From: the human T2T-CHM13v2.0 reference genome, Homo sapiens
Length of the DNA stretch: 64,000 nt
Assembly (NCBI RefSeq): GCF_009914755.1
Contig: NC_060935.1
Reading direction: 5' to 3' (one strand)
A program made the position numbers and the translations under genes. Below, in pieces: positions 1 to 12,399 of this stretch. Positions within the stretch are counted from its first letter, which is position 1; every line of letters begins with the position of its first letter. The notes under the pieces are model-generated. The model saw only the letters and a program-made list of their open reading frames with translations, did not search any database and was not told the DNA's origin.

Positions 1-84
1 TTACAAGCAATAAATGTTGAAGCAAACATTTGAATTCACATCTGTCTCCCTAACTCGTAGCGGTGTTATATAACAGAAAATGCA

Positions 85-420
85 GCTGTTGAGTCAGCTA
101 CTTCTAGCTGTGTGATATTGGATATATCAACGAATTTCCTTGAACCTCAGGTTTTACATCTGAAGAAGCAGATTAATGGTCATATCTGCTCCCCAGGATG
201 ATTGTAAGGAAGAACACAGAAAATTGAAGTTAAAAGTGCATTGGAGTCAGGCACAGTGGTACATGTCTGTAGACCCAGCTACTCAGGAGGCTGAGGTGGT
301 GGGATCCCTTGAGCCAAGGAATTCAAGTTCAGGCTAGGCAACATAGCAAGACTTCCTCTTTAAAACAAAAGTGCATTAGAAATTTCAGTTGGCTGTAAAA
401 ATGCATATTATCATTCTTCC
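85..420 (+). mobile_element. MIR SINE, interrupted by a FLAM
   Basis: 'tagctgtgtgatattggatat...gaacctcaggttttacatctg...ggatgattgtaagga' resembles the MIR core. Confidence 0.6.
244..366 (+). mobile_element. Free Alu monomer (FLAM-like)
   Basis: Single Alu arm 'caggcacagtggtacatgtctgtagacccagctactcaggaggctgagg'; TSD aaaagtgcatt at 232-242 and 367-377. Confidence 0.85.
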
Positions 421-806
421 CATAAAAGTTGATATCAATAAGGAGATTATATTTAGAGATAAAATGTTTTAGCATGTAGTAGTATTGGCAGCAGTATTTA
501 TAAGTGGGCCCACATGTAACATGGAATTGCTTCCCTGTTTGTATTGTATTGGTTACCGGTAGCCCTTCTTTTTACACAATTTTAGAAAGACAAATCTATG
601 TAAATTTGATAAGAATATATCAAATTTCTTAACATATAAATAACATATAAATTTCTTAACATATAAATATATGTTAAGGTTACGTAGTTTTGTAAGTACA
701 GTTGTTGGAACCTGGCTGAAAAATGTACTTGATGTTTTTCTTGTCAAATGTCTTTTTGTCATTACAGTACAGTGACACAAATGAGAATGATTCATACAGG
801 AAATAA

Positions 807-983
807 GAACTAGGAAACAGAATTGAAGTTGTTGGTGGCATCTTTTAAAGAAGTGGCCCAGGAGGAAAGGGACTAAATATATGCTATGACTAAATAGAAT
901 CCACAGGAACTAGGAAATAGAATTCAAGTTGTTAGTGACATCTTTTGAAGAAGTAGCCTAGGGAAAAAAGTGATTAAATATAT
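807..983. repeat. Diverged direct duplication, ~76 bp unit, 100 bp period
   Basis: 807-882 'gaactaggaaacagaattgaagttgttggtggcatcttttaaagaagtggccc' versus 907-983 'gaactaggaaatagaattcaagttgttagtgacatcttttgaagaagtagcct'. Confidence 0.9.
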
Positions 984-1699
984 TGGATATATTTTCAGAG
1001 TAACTATAAGGGAAAGAAAGGAAAACAGTGAAATTCCATATTTACCACTGTATATGAAGATGTTCATGATTATATAGATTAAAAAATAAAATACATGAGT
1101 ACTTAAAATTATAATAATATACCAAGGAAATACTATTTGTATTTTTGTAGTAATTAAAACCAGGAAGTAATGGATTTTCATTTTATATTTTAATCAATCT
1201 ACTTATTAAGACAATAATTACATGTACAATATGAGTTCTGGTTAACTGAGAAAGGGAAGATCACAAAATGGCAAAATCTTTGCCACACAGAATAATATTG
1301 CTCATGAGAAGAGATTTAGATAGTAAAAAATAGTGTCCTAAGGTAGTAGGATTTTGGGTATTTTCTAATTTTCTTTTAAATAGTTGCTAGGTTGCTAGGC
1401 TTTTATATGTTTTTGAATAAAATAAGAAATGTATGTTTGAAATTAGATCTTAAGAAATTAATTTAACCAGCACATTACATTGTGTTTCTTTCTTCAGCAC
1501 TCTCCCACTCCCTTTCAAATTTTCCTTGTTTGTTACAACCAACTCCATAATCTTTTTATTCTCTCAGGAATAACCTTAACTTCTTTTAATATAGAAAACT
1601 GATGCCAACAGATTGGTATTATCCCAACTTTCTGCCACCAAATCAACACCTAATCATACCTTTACCAATCTCTTCTTCCTACTAGATAAAGAAGGAATT

Positions 1700-1880
1700 T
1701 ACCTGCAGTCTCAGAAACCCAACCTAAGCATGCTCAAAGTAGAATGTATTGGCTTATTTTATCTGAATATCTGAAAATTGAGCTGAATTTCAGCACAGGC
1801 CTATCCAACAATATCATCGGAGCTCTGTCTCCTATCTTGGTTCTACTTTATTGGCCTCATTCTCACACAGATTCCCTCAG
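1700..1880 (-). mobile_element. Old MaLR LTR fragment (MLT1J/K/L-like)
   Basis: 'cagaaacccaac...tgtattggcttat...ggcctcattctcacacagattccc' resembles reverse MLT1 LTR. Confidence 0.45.
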
Positions 1881-2999
1881 TTATATTTGTGTATATGTGC
1901 TACGTTCTTTTTTTTTTTAATCATATTCTCAAATGAGAACTTAATTCTGTGAGAGTACAAGGACTACAGATTCACAGCTGGGAACTATGCACAAATGTAA
2001 ATAGGCTGATATTGAAAAAATTAAGAAGTTTCACAGATATCTAGGTGAGTATACTGCTTCTCATTCAACAGTCAGTGTGAGTGCTGCAGCTTTAAATCAT
2101 GTTATAAACTCTAGAAAACCAACAACCTGGAACATTTTTTATAAACTCTGGGGAAAACTATCATGGTTTTCCCGATTTGTTGAAATGGGCTTCTTGATTT
2201 GTCAAGTTTAGAAATTCAGGGATATCACTTCTTTTCTTTTTCCCACTCTTCCTTCTTTCTTTCTACTTCCTTCCCTTATTAATGCATATTTATCTAATGT
2301 ATTCCTTTTAATAGTTGCATATTTTATATAATAAATTATTATATATACTTTTGCCACTCTTTCTGCATAATCTCAATTTATTTTTGTTGCCATAAAAATA
2401 CTGAAATGAATTTCTTTATATATAAAACCTGATGTACTTATTTCTGTGGATTAAATTTCCCAAATGAAGTCTGCTGGAAATATTGTTTGAGCAAGGCAAC
2501 ATTCTCTCACAAAGACCTTTTATAGCTTCAGTACCCAGTCTTACTAAAGTTGTGAAGCTTCTTCTCACCAAAACACTATTTCTTAAACTCCAAATAATTT
2601 TATTTCCATGATGATTCAGAAAATTGATTTTTCAGAGATGATGGGATGGATTCATTACAATGGTTTAGCAAAAGTTTTAAACTGGTTCTTTGCTCATTGT
2701 TGGGCAACAGACAGTAGCTCCCTTTCTTTTGACATTCTGCTTCTGATTCTTGTCAATTTCTCACTTTGGATACATTTTTTAAAGGAATACCTTTTTATAA
2801 TTTAATGTCTTTCTCAGGATAAATTGTTTAAAGAAATTATCATTGCATTATTTACCCATTTCACGTGAGAATGCCTCGTACTCTTACATCAGAAAATTTT
2901 GCTCTCATATAATTTTCAGAGGTCTGCCTGGCCTCTTAGTTTCATGCCTGTTCCTGATGCATCCATCGGTTTTGAATACTTTATTTTTCTCTCACACTA

Positions 3000-3230
3000 T
3001 TAATGATGACAATCATCATTTGGAACATTTAATGTGCTTTATCTCATTTTATCTTCTGACAACAGTCATCTGAGGCTTGTAGTCTTACAATTCCTATTTT
3101 AAATATATAGAGATTAACATAATTGAATAATTTGCTGATGGCCAGAGTTAGTAAATTGCAGAGCCTGGAGTGAACTCAGAAAATATAGACTAGAGTCTGT
3201 ACAGTTGATTTTTAAGATTTACTGCTTGAA
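3000..3230 (-). mobile_element. MIR SINE
   Basis: 'ctcattttatcttctgacaac...aatttgctgatggccagagttagtaaattgcagagcctggagtgaactcag'. Confidence 0.6.
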
Positions 3231-4429
3231 ACAATGTTGACTTCCAGTAGTTACCTGAAATTGGTATCGTTAAGTCAGGTTTGAGAAAGTCATATACTCT
3301 TGCTATGGAGAAGAGCAACAGGGGCCTCTGAACTCATAACAGCAATCCAAGTTCTCTTGATGAATTGGTGTTGAGATAGATTTGGGGGGAGATAATTTAT
3401 TAGGTTCCAACATCTAACAGTTTGTTAAATATATAGTCACTGGCTCCTCTTTTAGTGCTACCATAAATAGAACTTTATATTACTCTGGATTGACAGCTAC
3501 CAAAAGACCTCATTTATACTTTTAAGAGGCAACCCACAGCTATATAAACCCAAGAGGAATCATAGAAGGGTGAGCAGCTGCCAAACAAACCCTCCCCAGA
3601 AGGAAGTCGACATTATTTGTTTTCCAGTGTTTTGGTCTTGAACTATCTGGATTGCCTTACCGTGGTCCTGATAGAACAAATGCCCTTGCATGTAGATTAA
3701 GGACTTATTTCTGTTTATTGAAAATTCCAACCCCTTTGGGCTTTGTTCTAATCCTTGATTTCCAAACTGGAAGCTTCTCTTGACATTTTAGCTTTAGTCA
3801 GTTTGTCCTATTTGGCTTTACAGATGCTATATGGTCAATCATTTCTATCTACTACAACAACAACCTAATTCTAGGAGATCATTATGGGAAGACTGTGGAT
3901 CTGAACTATTGGGTCCCCTTAGTCTCTTATTCGATCCGGATTTAGGGATATAATTACTCCAAGAAAGTCACATTGTACCACTATCTGGCCACCATTTGGG
4001 GATCATGGCAATCCCCAACTGTGGTGGAAGCCGTGGAGGGCAAAAGAAAAACATGTATATTTATTTTCAGAGTTCCATCATGTCAGATATCCCTATGGTT
4101 CACAGGCTTCAAAATTTGCTGAAAATTTAAAAGATAATATTATTGCATACACTCGGTAGAAGTGAAATTCACATTTTTATTCAATACACTTTAGATATGA
4201 AATAGCTAAAATCAGAATTATGTATATAAATCCACAGGTCTGTAACTAGTGGATTAATAAACATTAGCTCTTACATCCAGGAAATAAACAATAGAATAGG
4301 TATGAGAGGAATAGGTGGCATTCAGGCCCAAAGATACTGCTGGACGCTAGAGGTACCCAACTACAGTATTGCATAGGAAAGGGTATTTTCTGAATAATGT
4401 AGAGGAAAGACAATACCTCTGATTGGTTT

Positions 4430-4580
4430 AATAGTTTGGATTAACATGCTGTGTGATGTCAAAATTATTTAACATTTCTTAGCCTATTTCCTTATAGATA
4501 AAAGAGAGTTAATGTCATCTACCTCATATAAATTTTGTAAATATGTAAATAAAGGCTCACAAATAGTTGCTACTATTTGT
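4430..4580 (+). mobile_element. MIR SINE
   Basis: 'gctgtgtgatgtcaaaattatttaacatttcttagcctatttccttat...ctacctcata'. Confidence 0.55.
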
Positions 4581-4589
4581 CGTTTATAT

Positions 4590-4790
4590 ATTCCAGATTC
4601 TGTGGTAAGGATTTAAAAGGTTATATTTCATTTAACACTCAGGAAAACTCTGTGATGTAAATTTGGTCATTACAATCATCTTGAAGATGAGAAAACTGAA
4701 GTTCAGAAAAGCTAAAAAGGCATTCCTAAGTTCTCATGGCTGGTAAAGGGTAGAACCAGAATTTGATTAGCTTCAATACTTTTAACCATG
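4590..4790 (-). mobile_element. MIR SINE
   Basis: 'ttcatttaacactcag...gatgagaaaactgaagttcagaaaagctaa...ctggtaaagggtagaaccagaatttga'. Confidence 0.65.
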
Positions 4791-4821
4791 AAACTTATTC
4801 AGCATAAAGACGCACCAGGAT

Positions 4822-4912
4822 AAAGTAATTGCGATTTTTGCTATTACTTTCAATGGCAAAAGTAATATGCCATTACTTTCAATGGCAAAAACTGCTCTTT
4901 TGTACAAACCTA
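4822..4912. mobile_element. MADE1 (Hsmar1-derived MITE) with internal duplication
   Basis: 'aaagtaattgcgatttttgctattactttcaatggcaaaa...ccattactttcaatggcaaaaactgctcttttgtacaaaccta' matches the palindromic MADE1 consensus; central segment present twice. Confidence 0.85.
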
Positions 4913-5198
4913 TAAATGGTATATAGGTCATGCCAAAAAGTATATTCCGTTATCAGATTCTATGAAATAAATAGTATTAAGAAAAAATAATGAAGAAATT
5001 AGATTCTCCCAAACTGGCTGTCCATGTCTTGGTGGTCCAGCATCGTTTACCTGGCCACAGGAAAGAATGTCAAAGAGAAATTAAAAACCCATTCATTATT
5101 TGTCTAATGAAAGTGTATCCAGGAAATAAGCCACAGTAAACTGATATTATTTAACATGTAAACAATGAACAATAACAAAGAGATTTAGTTGTCTGAAA

Positions 5199-5223
5199 AG
5201 GAATTCTCACAGTGAGAATTCCT
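5199..5223. repeat. Perfect 12-bp inverted repeat with 1-nt spacer
   Basis: aggaattctcac-a-gtgagaattcct. Confidence 0.95.
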
Positions 5224-5264
5224 GTGAAAATCATGTAAGATCCACAGAAAACCAAGAAATATGA

Positions 5265-5642
<378 letters not shown>

Positions 5643-6876
5643 TAAGTCTTTACATCTTGGAGATTATCTGGAGAATCCTCTTGGCAAAACCAAGTACAGA
5701 GTTGTCATTTCTGAATGTGTTACTCAATTTTCTAAATTGCGATATATTCACTTTTCTCAAAGACTAACAGAAAATGAAATGAGGATTGTGAAAAAACCAT
5801 CTCCAGCAGGTTCCAATGACCCCTTTGGACAAGAGTTCTCTGTAAAAGAAGGGAAAGACTAGTTTCTTTATTCCCATCTTGTATTAATACTGCAGTGGGG
5901 AGGCACAGTTAAGAACACCCAGTATCACAATAATTAAATACTCAAGCCAAATATGTCAGACTTTATTTCCACTGAAGAGAAGGTACACTGGTACATGGAG
6001 CAGAAAAGGTGTTTTGTTTTGGAGGCAAATGTTCAAATCAGCAGGTATGTTTCACCTTTTCTAATTCACAGTTTATAAAGATAACCTCTCCAGAATTATC
6101 TCCAATCAATACTCTTATTTACTGCCTCCTTTTGATTCTGATCATGAGTTTGAGAGACAACATCTATATTGTATTGTGAAACACATTCAATCTCTTTACC
6201 CACCCTCCAGGTCTCTTACGATGAAAAAGGTAATACCATCAAATATGGCATTGTAATCTCTTCTGGCCAGTCTATATTAAAATGGGTTCTTATTTTTCAC
6301 TCATATCACACTACTTATATTTTAATTGTTAACTTCTCTAATATTGGAAAACATGACACATGTTCTTTTATGACTAATTTTTTATTAGTCATAATGAACC
6401 TGATAGAGTCATTGAAATCATCACATCCCTGCTCCCATATCACTTAAGTATATTTATCTCTATTCATGACTGGAAAAAAATATCTTCCTAACTTTGTCGC
6501 TATCAGACAACTCTCTGCTGAAGCTGTCAAGCCCTATTAAAATAATAGTCCTTTTATGCTGTAATCACCTCACACAAGATGGATAATCCTTCACCTTATA
6601 TTTCTTTCTGTATTCAGTAACGGCGAGGGTGTTTAGACGCATTTTTAAAACAAAAGGCCAAAGGGAGCAAACTAAATGAATCTAAACAGAAAGGAAATAT
6701 AGAATATAAAAATATTTTAATATCACTCAGATGAAAAGGAACCAAAATCATCAGTGAGCAGTTAACAGGTTGTTACTAAGTATTTGTGGTGTGCAGAGCA
6801 TTGTACCATGTCATATGCAATCCTGTGGTAAATGTACTTATTTATGTATCCTACTGAACTACTCATTACAAGAACC

Positions 6877-7210
6877 ATGCTGCTCATAGTGTGGTCAGCA
6901 CATTGGGCCAGTCTCTGAGGAAACAGTTATGGAAATTGAGAGTTAGCATTATAAAACTTTTATATGAAATTAGGAAAATTTTATGACAGTTGAAATTAAA
7001 AAATGTTAATTTTTTTCTTTTCAGACCTAAAAAACATTAATTAATTTTTCTTTTCAAACCCTGAATGTAGCATTTCAAAAATAACTTTAAAACTATATTT
7101 TATACTTATTTTTGTATCTTTTTCTAGTAATTTATATATTTTATTAACTATTGGTCTAAGACAGAATGGGAAGAAAACTGGTTCCCACCGCAGATAGTGC
7201 AGAGGCACTG
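6877..7210. mobile_element. hAT-Charlie-type non-autonomous DNA transposon relic
   Basis: Ends 'catgctgctcatagtgtggtc' and 'cagatagtgcagaggcactg' resemble Charlie-type CAGTG..CTC terminal inverted repeats; AT-rich interior. Confidence 0.45.
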
Positions 7211-7344
7211 CCATGAGTATGGAATATTTCTTGGCCAGCTCTGTATTTCCTCATTGCATCCTGAAGTATAATAGAATCTACTTTGGGCAACCTATTACGT
7301 TCCTTTCATGGTTGATATATTCTATGTGTTATATAAATTTCACT

Positions 7345-7345
7345 A

Positions 7346-7429
<84 letters not shown>
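7345..7429. repeat. Compound (TG)n(TA)n microsatellite
   Basis: About 85 bp of alternating purine-pyrimidine ending in about (TA)21. Confidence 0.98.
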
Positions 7430-7433
<4 letters not shown>

Positions 7434-7544
7434 CTATATATTCCAAGACAAAAAGCCAGCAAGATGACTAGAAAACCATGTTCCACCCATATTTATGTCT
7501 TGTTATTTCAATATCTTCACCTCTGCTAGTTAAATGAGCTCTGC

Positions 7545-7668
7545 TAATCAGCAATGTGGGCACCATCTGGTTAGAAATGCAGAATCTCAGGCCTACAGAA
7601 TCAGAAGCAGCATTTTAACAAGATCCCTAGGTGATTTGTATGCACATTGAAGTTTGAGGTACCTTGGC
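7545..7668. mobile_element. MER5A (hAT-Charlie)
   Basis: 'ttagaaatgcagaatctcaggcc...cagaatcagaa...cattttaacaagatccctaggtgatttgtatgcacattgaagtttgag'. Confidence 0.85.
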
Positions 7669-8379
7669 TCAGACTAATGTGGAAGCTCCTAAAATGTCAA
7701 AAACATCATAGCTTCTAAGACTGTCACTAACATTAAAAACTTTGGTGCAACATGAAGCATATTTCATTAGTCAGGGCTTCAGCTCATTAAAAAAAATGCC
7801 AGTGTACACCTAAATCCCTGAGTTCAATTCATTTTGATTTTAAACTTATTCTCAGCATTCTTTTGCTACTTACATGGTGGAACTCCTTGAACAGAATAAC
7901 AGACCATAGTGCCTGCCTGGAATTCAGACTGGAAAAGATTGAAATGTAAGTCACCCTGGGCTCTTTTAATTTAATATAGTCAAATTCAGTTATCCCATAT
8001 TAACCCCAATCTAAGGTACATGGAGAACCTGGCCAGAAAATCTCTCTGGTCAACCTTCCTATCATATAGTGAAGAGAACCAGGACAGGGATTAAAAACCA
8101 GTGGAAAAAGCATTTGCTTGAGGAGCCCATAGCTTCAAATGTAAGTTGCAAAATATTCTAAATGAAAGAAGGGCCTGTTCTTTAATTGATTCATGCAGGA
8201 GTTGTTTCGTCTCCAAAATTACTATGAATTCTTAAGAAATCTTGCTAAATATTTTCCTATCAACCACTTCACTGTCTTGTCTGGCAACATCTATTGCTGG
8301 TCATCTCTTCTTCACTAAATCTATTCTTCGGATATGTTTCAAGTTGTTGCAATTTCCACATCTCTCAAAGAGGCAATGC

Positions 8380-8580
8380 AACACAGAGGAAAAATATATG
8401 GCCAGCTCTAGATACAGACAAACTTAGGTTAAAATTTCAGCTTTGCCACTTACAAACTGTGTTTCCTTGAGCAATTTGGGTAACCTTTATGAACCTCTGT
8501 GACTACGTGAATATCAAATTTACTGGGTTACGAGAATGGCAACAAACAACATAAGATGTTTGGTAAATGGTAGTTGTCAC
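8380..8580 (+). mobile_element. MIR SINE
   Basis: 'aaatttcagctttgccacttacaaactgtgtttccttgagcaatttgggtaacc'. Confidence 0.65.
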
Positions 8581-8644
8581 CATTATGCAATTACTGCATA
8601 TGTATATAAATATGCTGTGTAATTGTGTGTGTATAAATTACATA

Positions 8645-8652
8645 TGTGTATA

Positions 8653-8688
<36 letters not shown>
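8645..8688. repeat. (TG)n microsatellite
   Basis: Direct observation. Confidence 0.95.
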
Positions 8689-8690
<2 letters not shown>

Positions 8691-9981
8691 CTTTGTTGAC
8701 CACGATAAGCTTTGAACTCCATGAATTCTTTATCTCTAAATTTCCATTGACTTGCATAGTGCTTAAAATGATTGCTGAATGGAAATAGTATAAATGAAAT
8801 AATGAATGAATGAATGAATGAAAAAATAGATAAACATTAATTGAACTAAATTGATAGAATACAATGCTGTCACCATTCTTGATTAGTCCCAAAGGCTATA
8901 TATTCTGCCATGTGTTATTATCCTTATAGTTGTACTTGACCATAATGCATTTTTCACAGTTCCAGTTTCAATGTCAGCTTCTCCCCTTTGGGAAGGCTTT
9001 CTTGACTAAGTCAGTGTGCTTTTTTCTCCTCTTCTAGATCTGTGTAGTTCATATATCTGAAACACTGACTTCATCTCACTCATGAGAATTCAACAGTTAT
9101 GCTAAAGATTGTGTTATGGGAGCTCCTAGAGGTAGGTGCGTTGCACCTTCTTGAAAATGAACTGCAATGCAAACAGATTTGCTTTGGGGACTTGGAATTG
9201 ATATTCTTGACTTAGGTATGTCTGCCATCTTAGGAAACAGTAACACTCTCCTGAGAGTAAAATATCCTAAGATCATTACAGCCCAGTTCCTGTAGGTTAT
9301 TTTAAACACTGACTCACAAGCTCAGAAAAATTTTGGCAAGATAGATTGGAATGAGAGTCAGAGTTTGTGTAGGATGTGGCTGTTTGAAAATCGGGAAGCT
9401 CATGTAAGACCTAAACATAGGGCAAAAAGGAAAAAAAAAAATAACCCACACATATAAATCCTGAAGGGATGAGGGAGTAGGATGGGGTGTTGAAGAAAGT
9501 ATTGGCAAGAATGAAGAAAGTTTTTTTTTGTAAACAGATTCTTAGGAATGAGAGACACATACTGACTAAGCAAGCAGTAAAAAGGGGGTGATACACAAAC
9601 AGCAAATGTGTGAAGAGAAAATAACTTGTAATGGGGGGAAATAATTGAATAAGGTCTTTTCTTTGCCACTGAAGCAGGTAGCTGTGCACATATTTTTAGA
9701 GAATTATACTTTATCTGACCCAGATAATTATACTTTATCTGGTCTTACACATTCCTTGTCATTATTTTCAAATATTAGTGAATGAAATATTTAAGCACTA
9801 TCTGTAATTTATCTTTCTTGTCTCAATTTTTATTCTTCACCACATACTCTTCATCTCTGTGCCCTGGTACTATACCAATTTCAAATAATTGCCTTTCTTC
9901 AACTGACCACACCCTTTCATTTCCCTTGATACTGAAAGATAATTAAATGAGAAAATTTACATTTATTCCTTAATACAGCGC

Positions 9982-10204
9982 AAAGATCAGCAAACTTTTA
10001 CTGTAAAGTGCTAGATAATAAATATTTTGTCTGTAATAAAGGACATATGGTCTCTGTTACAACTCTAACTGCTATTGTAGTGTGAAAACAGTCATAGACA
10101 ATACACATACAATTGATTATAGCTGTGCTGCAATAAAGCCTGTTTACAAAAGCAGGCAGCAAACAGGCTGGATTTGGCACCAGATGGTAGTTTATTGACC
10201 CCTG
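9982..10204. mobile_element. MER58-like hAT-Charlie MITE
   Basis: 'gatcagcaaacttttactgtaaag...catatggtctctgttacaactc...ggctggatttggc...gtagtttattgacccctg'. Confidence 0.8.
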
Positions 10205-10539
10205 CTATAGTGCCTGACACATTGTAAGTGCTCAATGAATATGAACTCTTTATCATCTACTGCTTTCCTCCTTTTGGAATGAGATTCTCCCTTCCATGTT
10301 TTCTCACTCTCTGGGAAACTCCTACTTATCTTTCTCATGTGAATCCATTTATCTGCATCTCCAGGCAGATTTTCCATGACAATTTTTGTTATAACCCAAA
10401 ACTAAATCCCATTTTTGGCTGTTTTCAATGTACCAGGTACAAAACTCATTGCTTTAAAAACATCTTCATGCACTTTTTGAAATCCCCATGTGCTTGTTAT
10501 GATCGTGTCCATTCTCACCGATAAGAAAATTATTGTGTA

Positions 10540-10973
<434 letters not shown>

Positions 10974-10979
10974 TTACAT

Positions 10980-11760
<781 letters not shown>

Positions 11761-11767
11761 TTTTTCT

Positions 11768-12368
11768 AGAAATGAAATCAGTACATCCAAGAGATATCTG
11801 CACACCCGTTGATATTTATAACAGCCAAAATATGGAATCAACCTAAGTGTCCTTCAGTGGATGAATGAAAAAAGATAATATGGAATACTATTCAGCCTCA
11901 AAAAGAAAGAAATACTGTCATTAGTTATGACATGGATAAACCTGGAGGACATTATGTTAAGTGAATAAAGACTAGGCACAGAGAGACAAATTCTGCATGA
12001 TTCCACTTATAACTGTTGAACTCATAGAAGTAGATGGTAGAATAGAAGTTACCGGGATCTAGGGATTGGGGAAAGGTATTGGAACGATATTGGTCTAGGT
12101 ATACAAAATTTCAGGTACATAAAAGGAATAAGTTCAAGAGCTCTATTGTACAACATGGTTACTATACTAAATAACAATATATTGTATGTATTCTTGAAAA
12201 TTGCTGACAGATTTTAAGTGTTCTTACCAAAAAAAAAGCAACTACACGAAGTAATGAATATGATAATTAGCTCAATTTAGTCATTTCAATATATATACGT
12301 ATTTCAAAATATGTTGTGCACAAAATAGATGTACAATTTTATGTGTCAATTAAGATAAATAAATAAAT
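11768..12368 (+). mobile_element. L1MA-type 3' end
   Basis: 'aaatcagtacatccaagagatatctgcac...ggaatcaacctaagtgtcc...aataagttcaagagctctattgtacaacatgg' ending in an A-rich tail. Confidence 0.9.
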
Positions 12369-12399
12369 GCCTTTAAAAAGGAAGGAAAAATATAGAAGA

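Noticed and set aside
3300-4100. Possible retroviral or pseudogene remnant
   Set aside because: Composition is suggestive but I could not recover a convincing protein motif; needs tblastx/Dfam.
10176-10192. CTCF-like motif gcaccagatggtag (similar near 57115)
   Set aside because: Mismatch at the conserved GGC core, and the first lies within a MER58 relic; not supportable.
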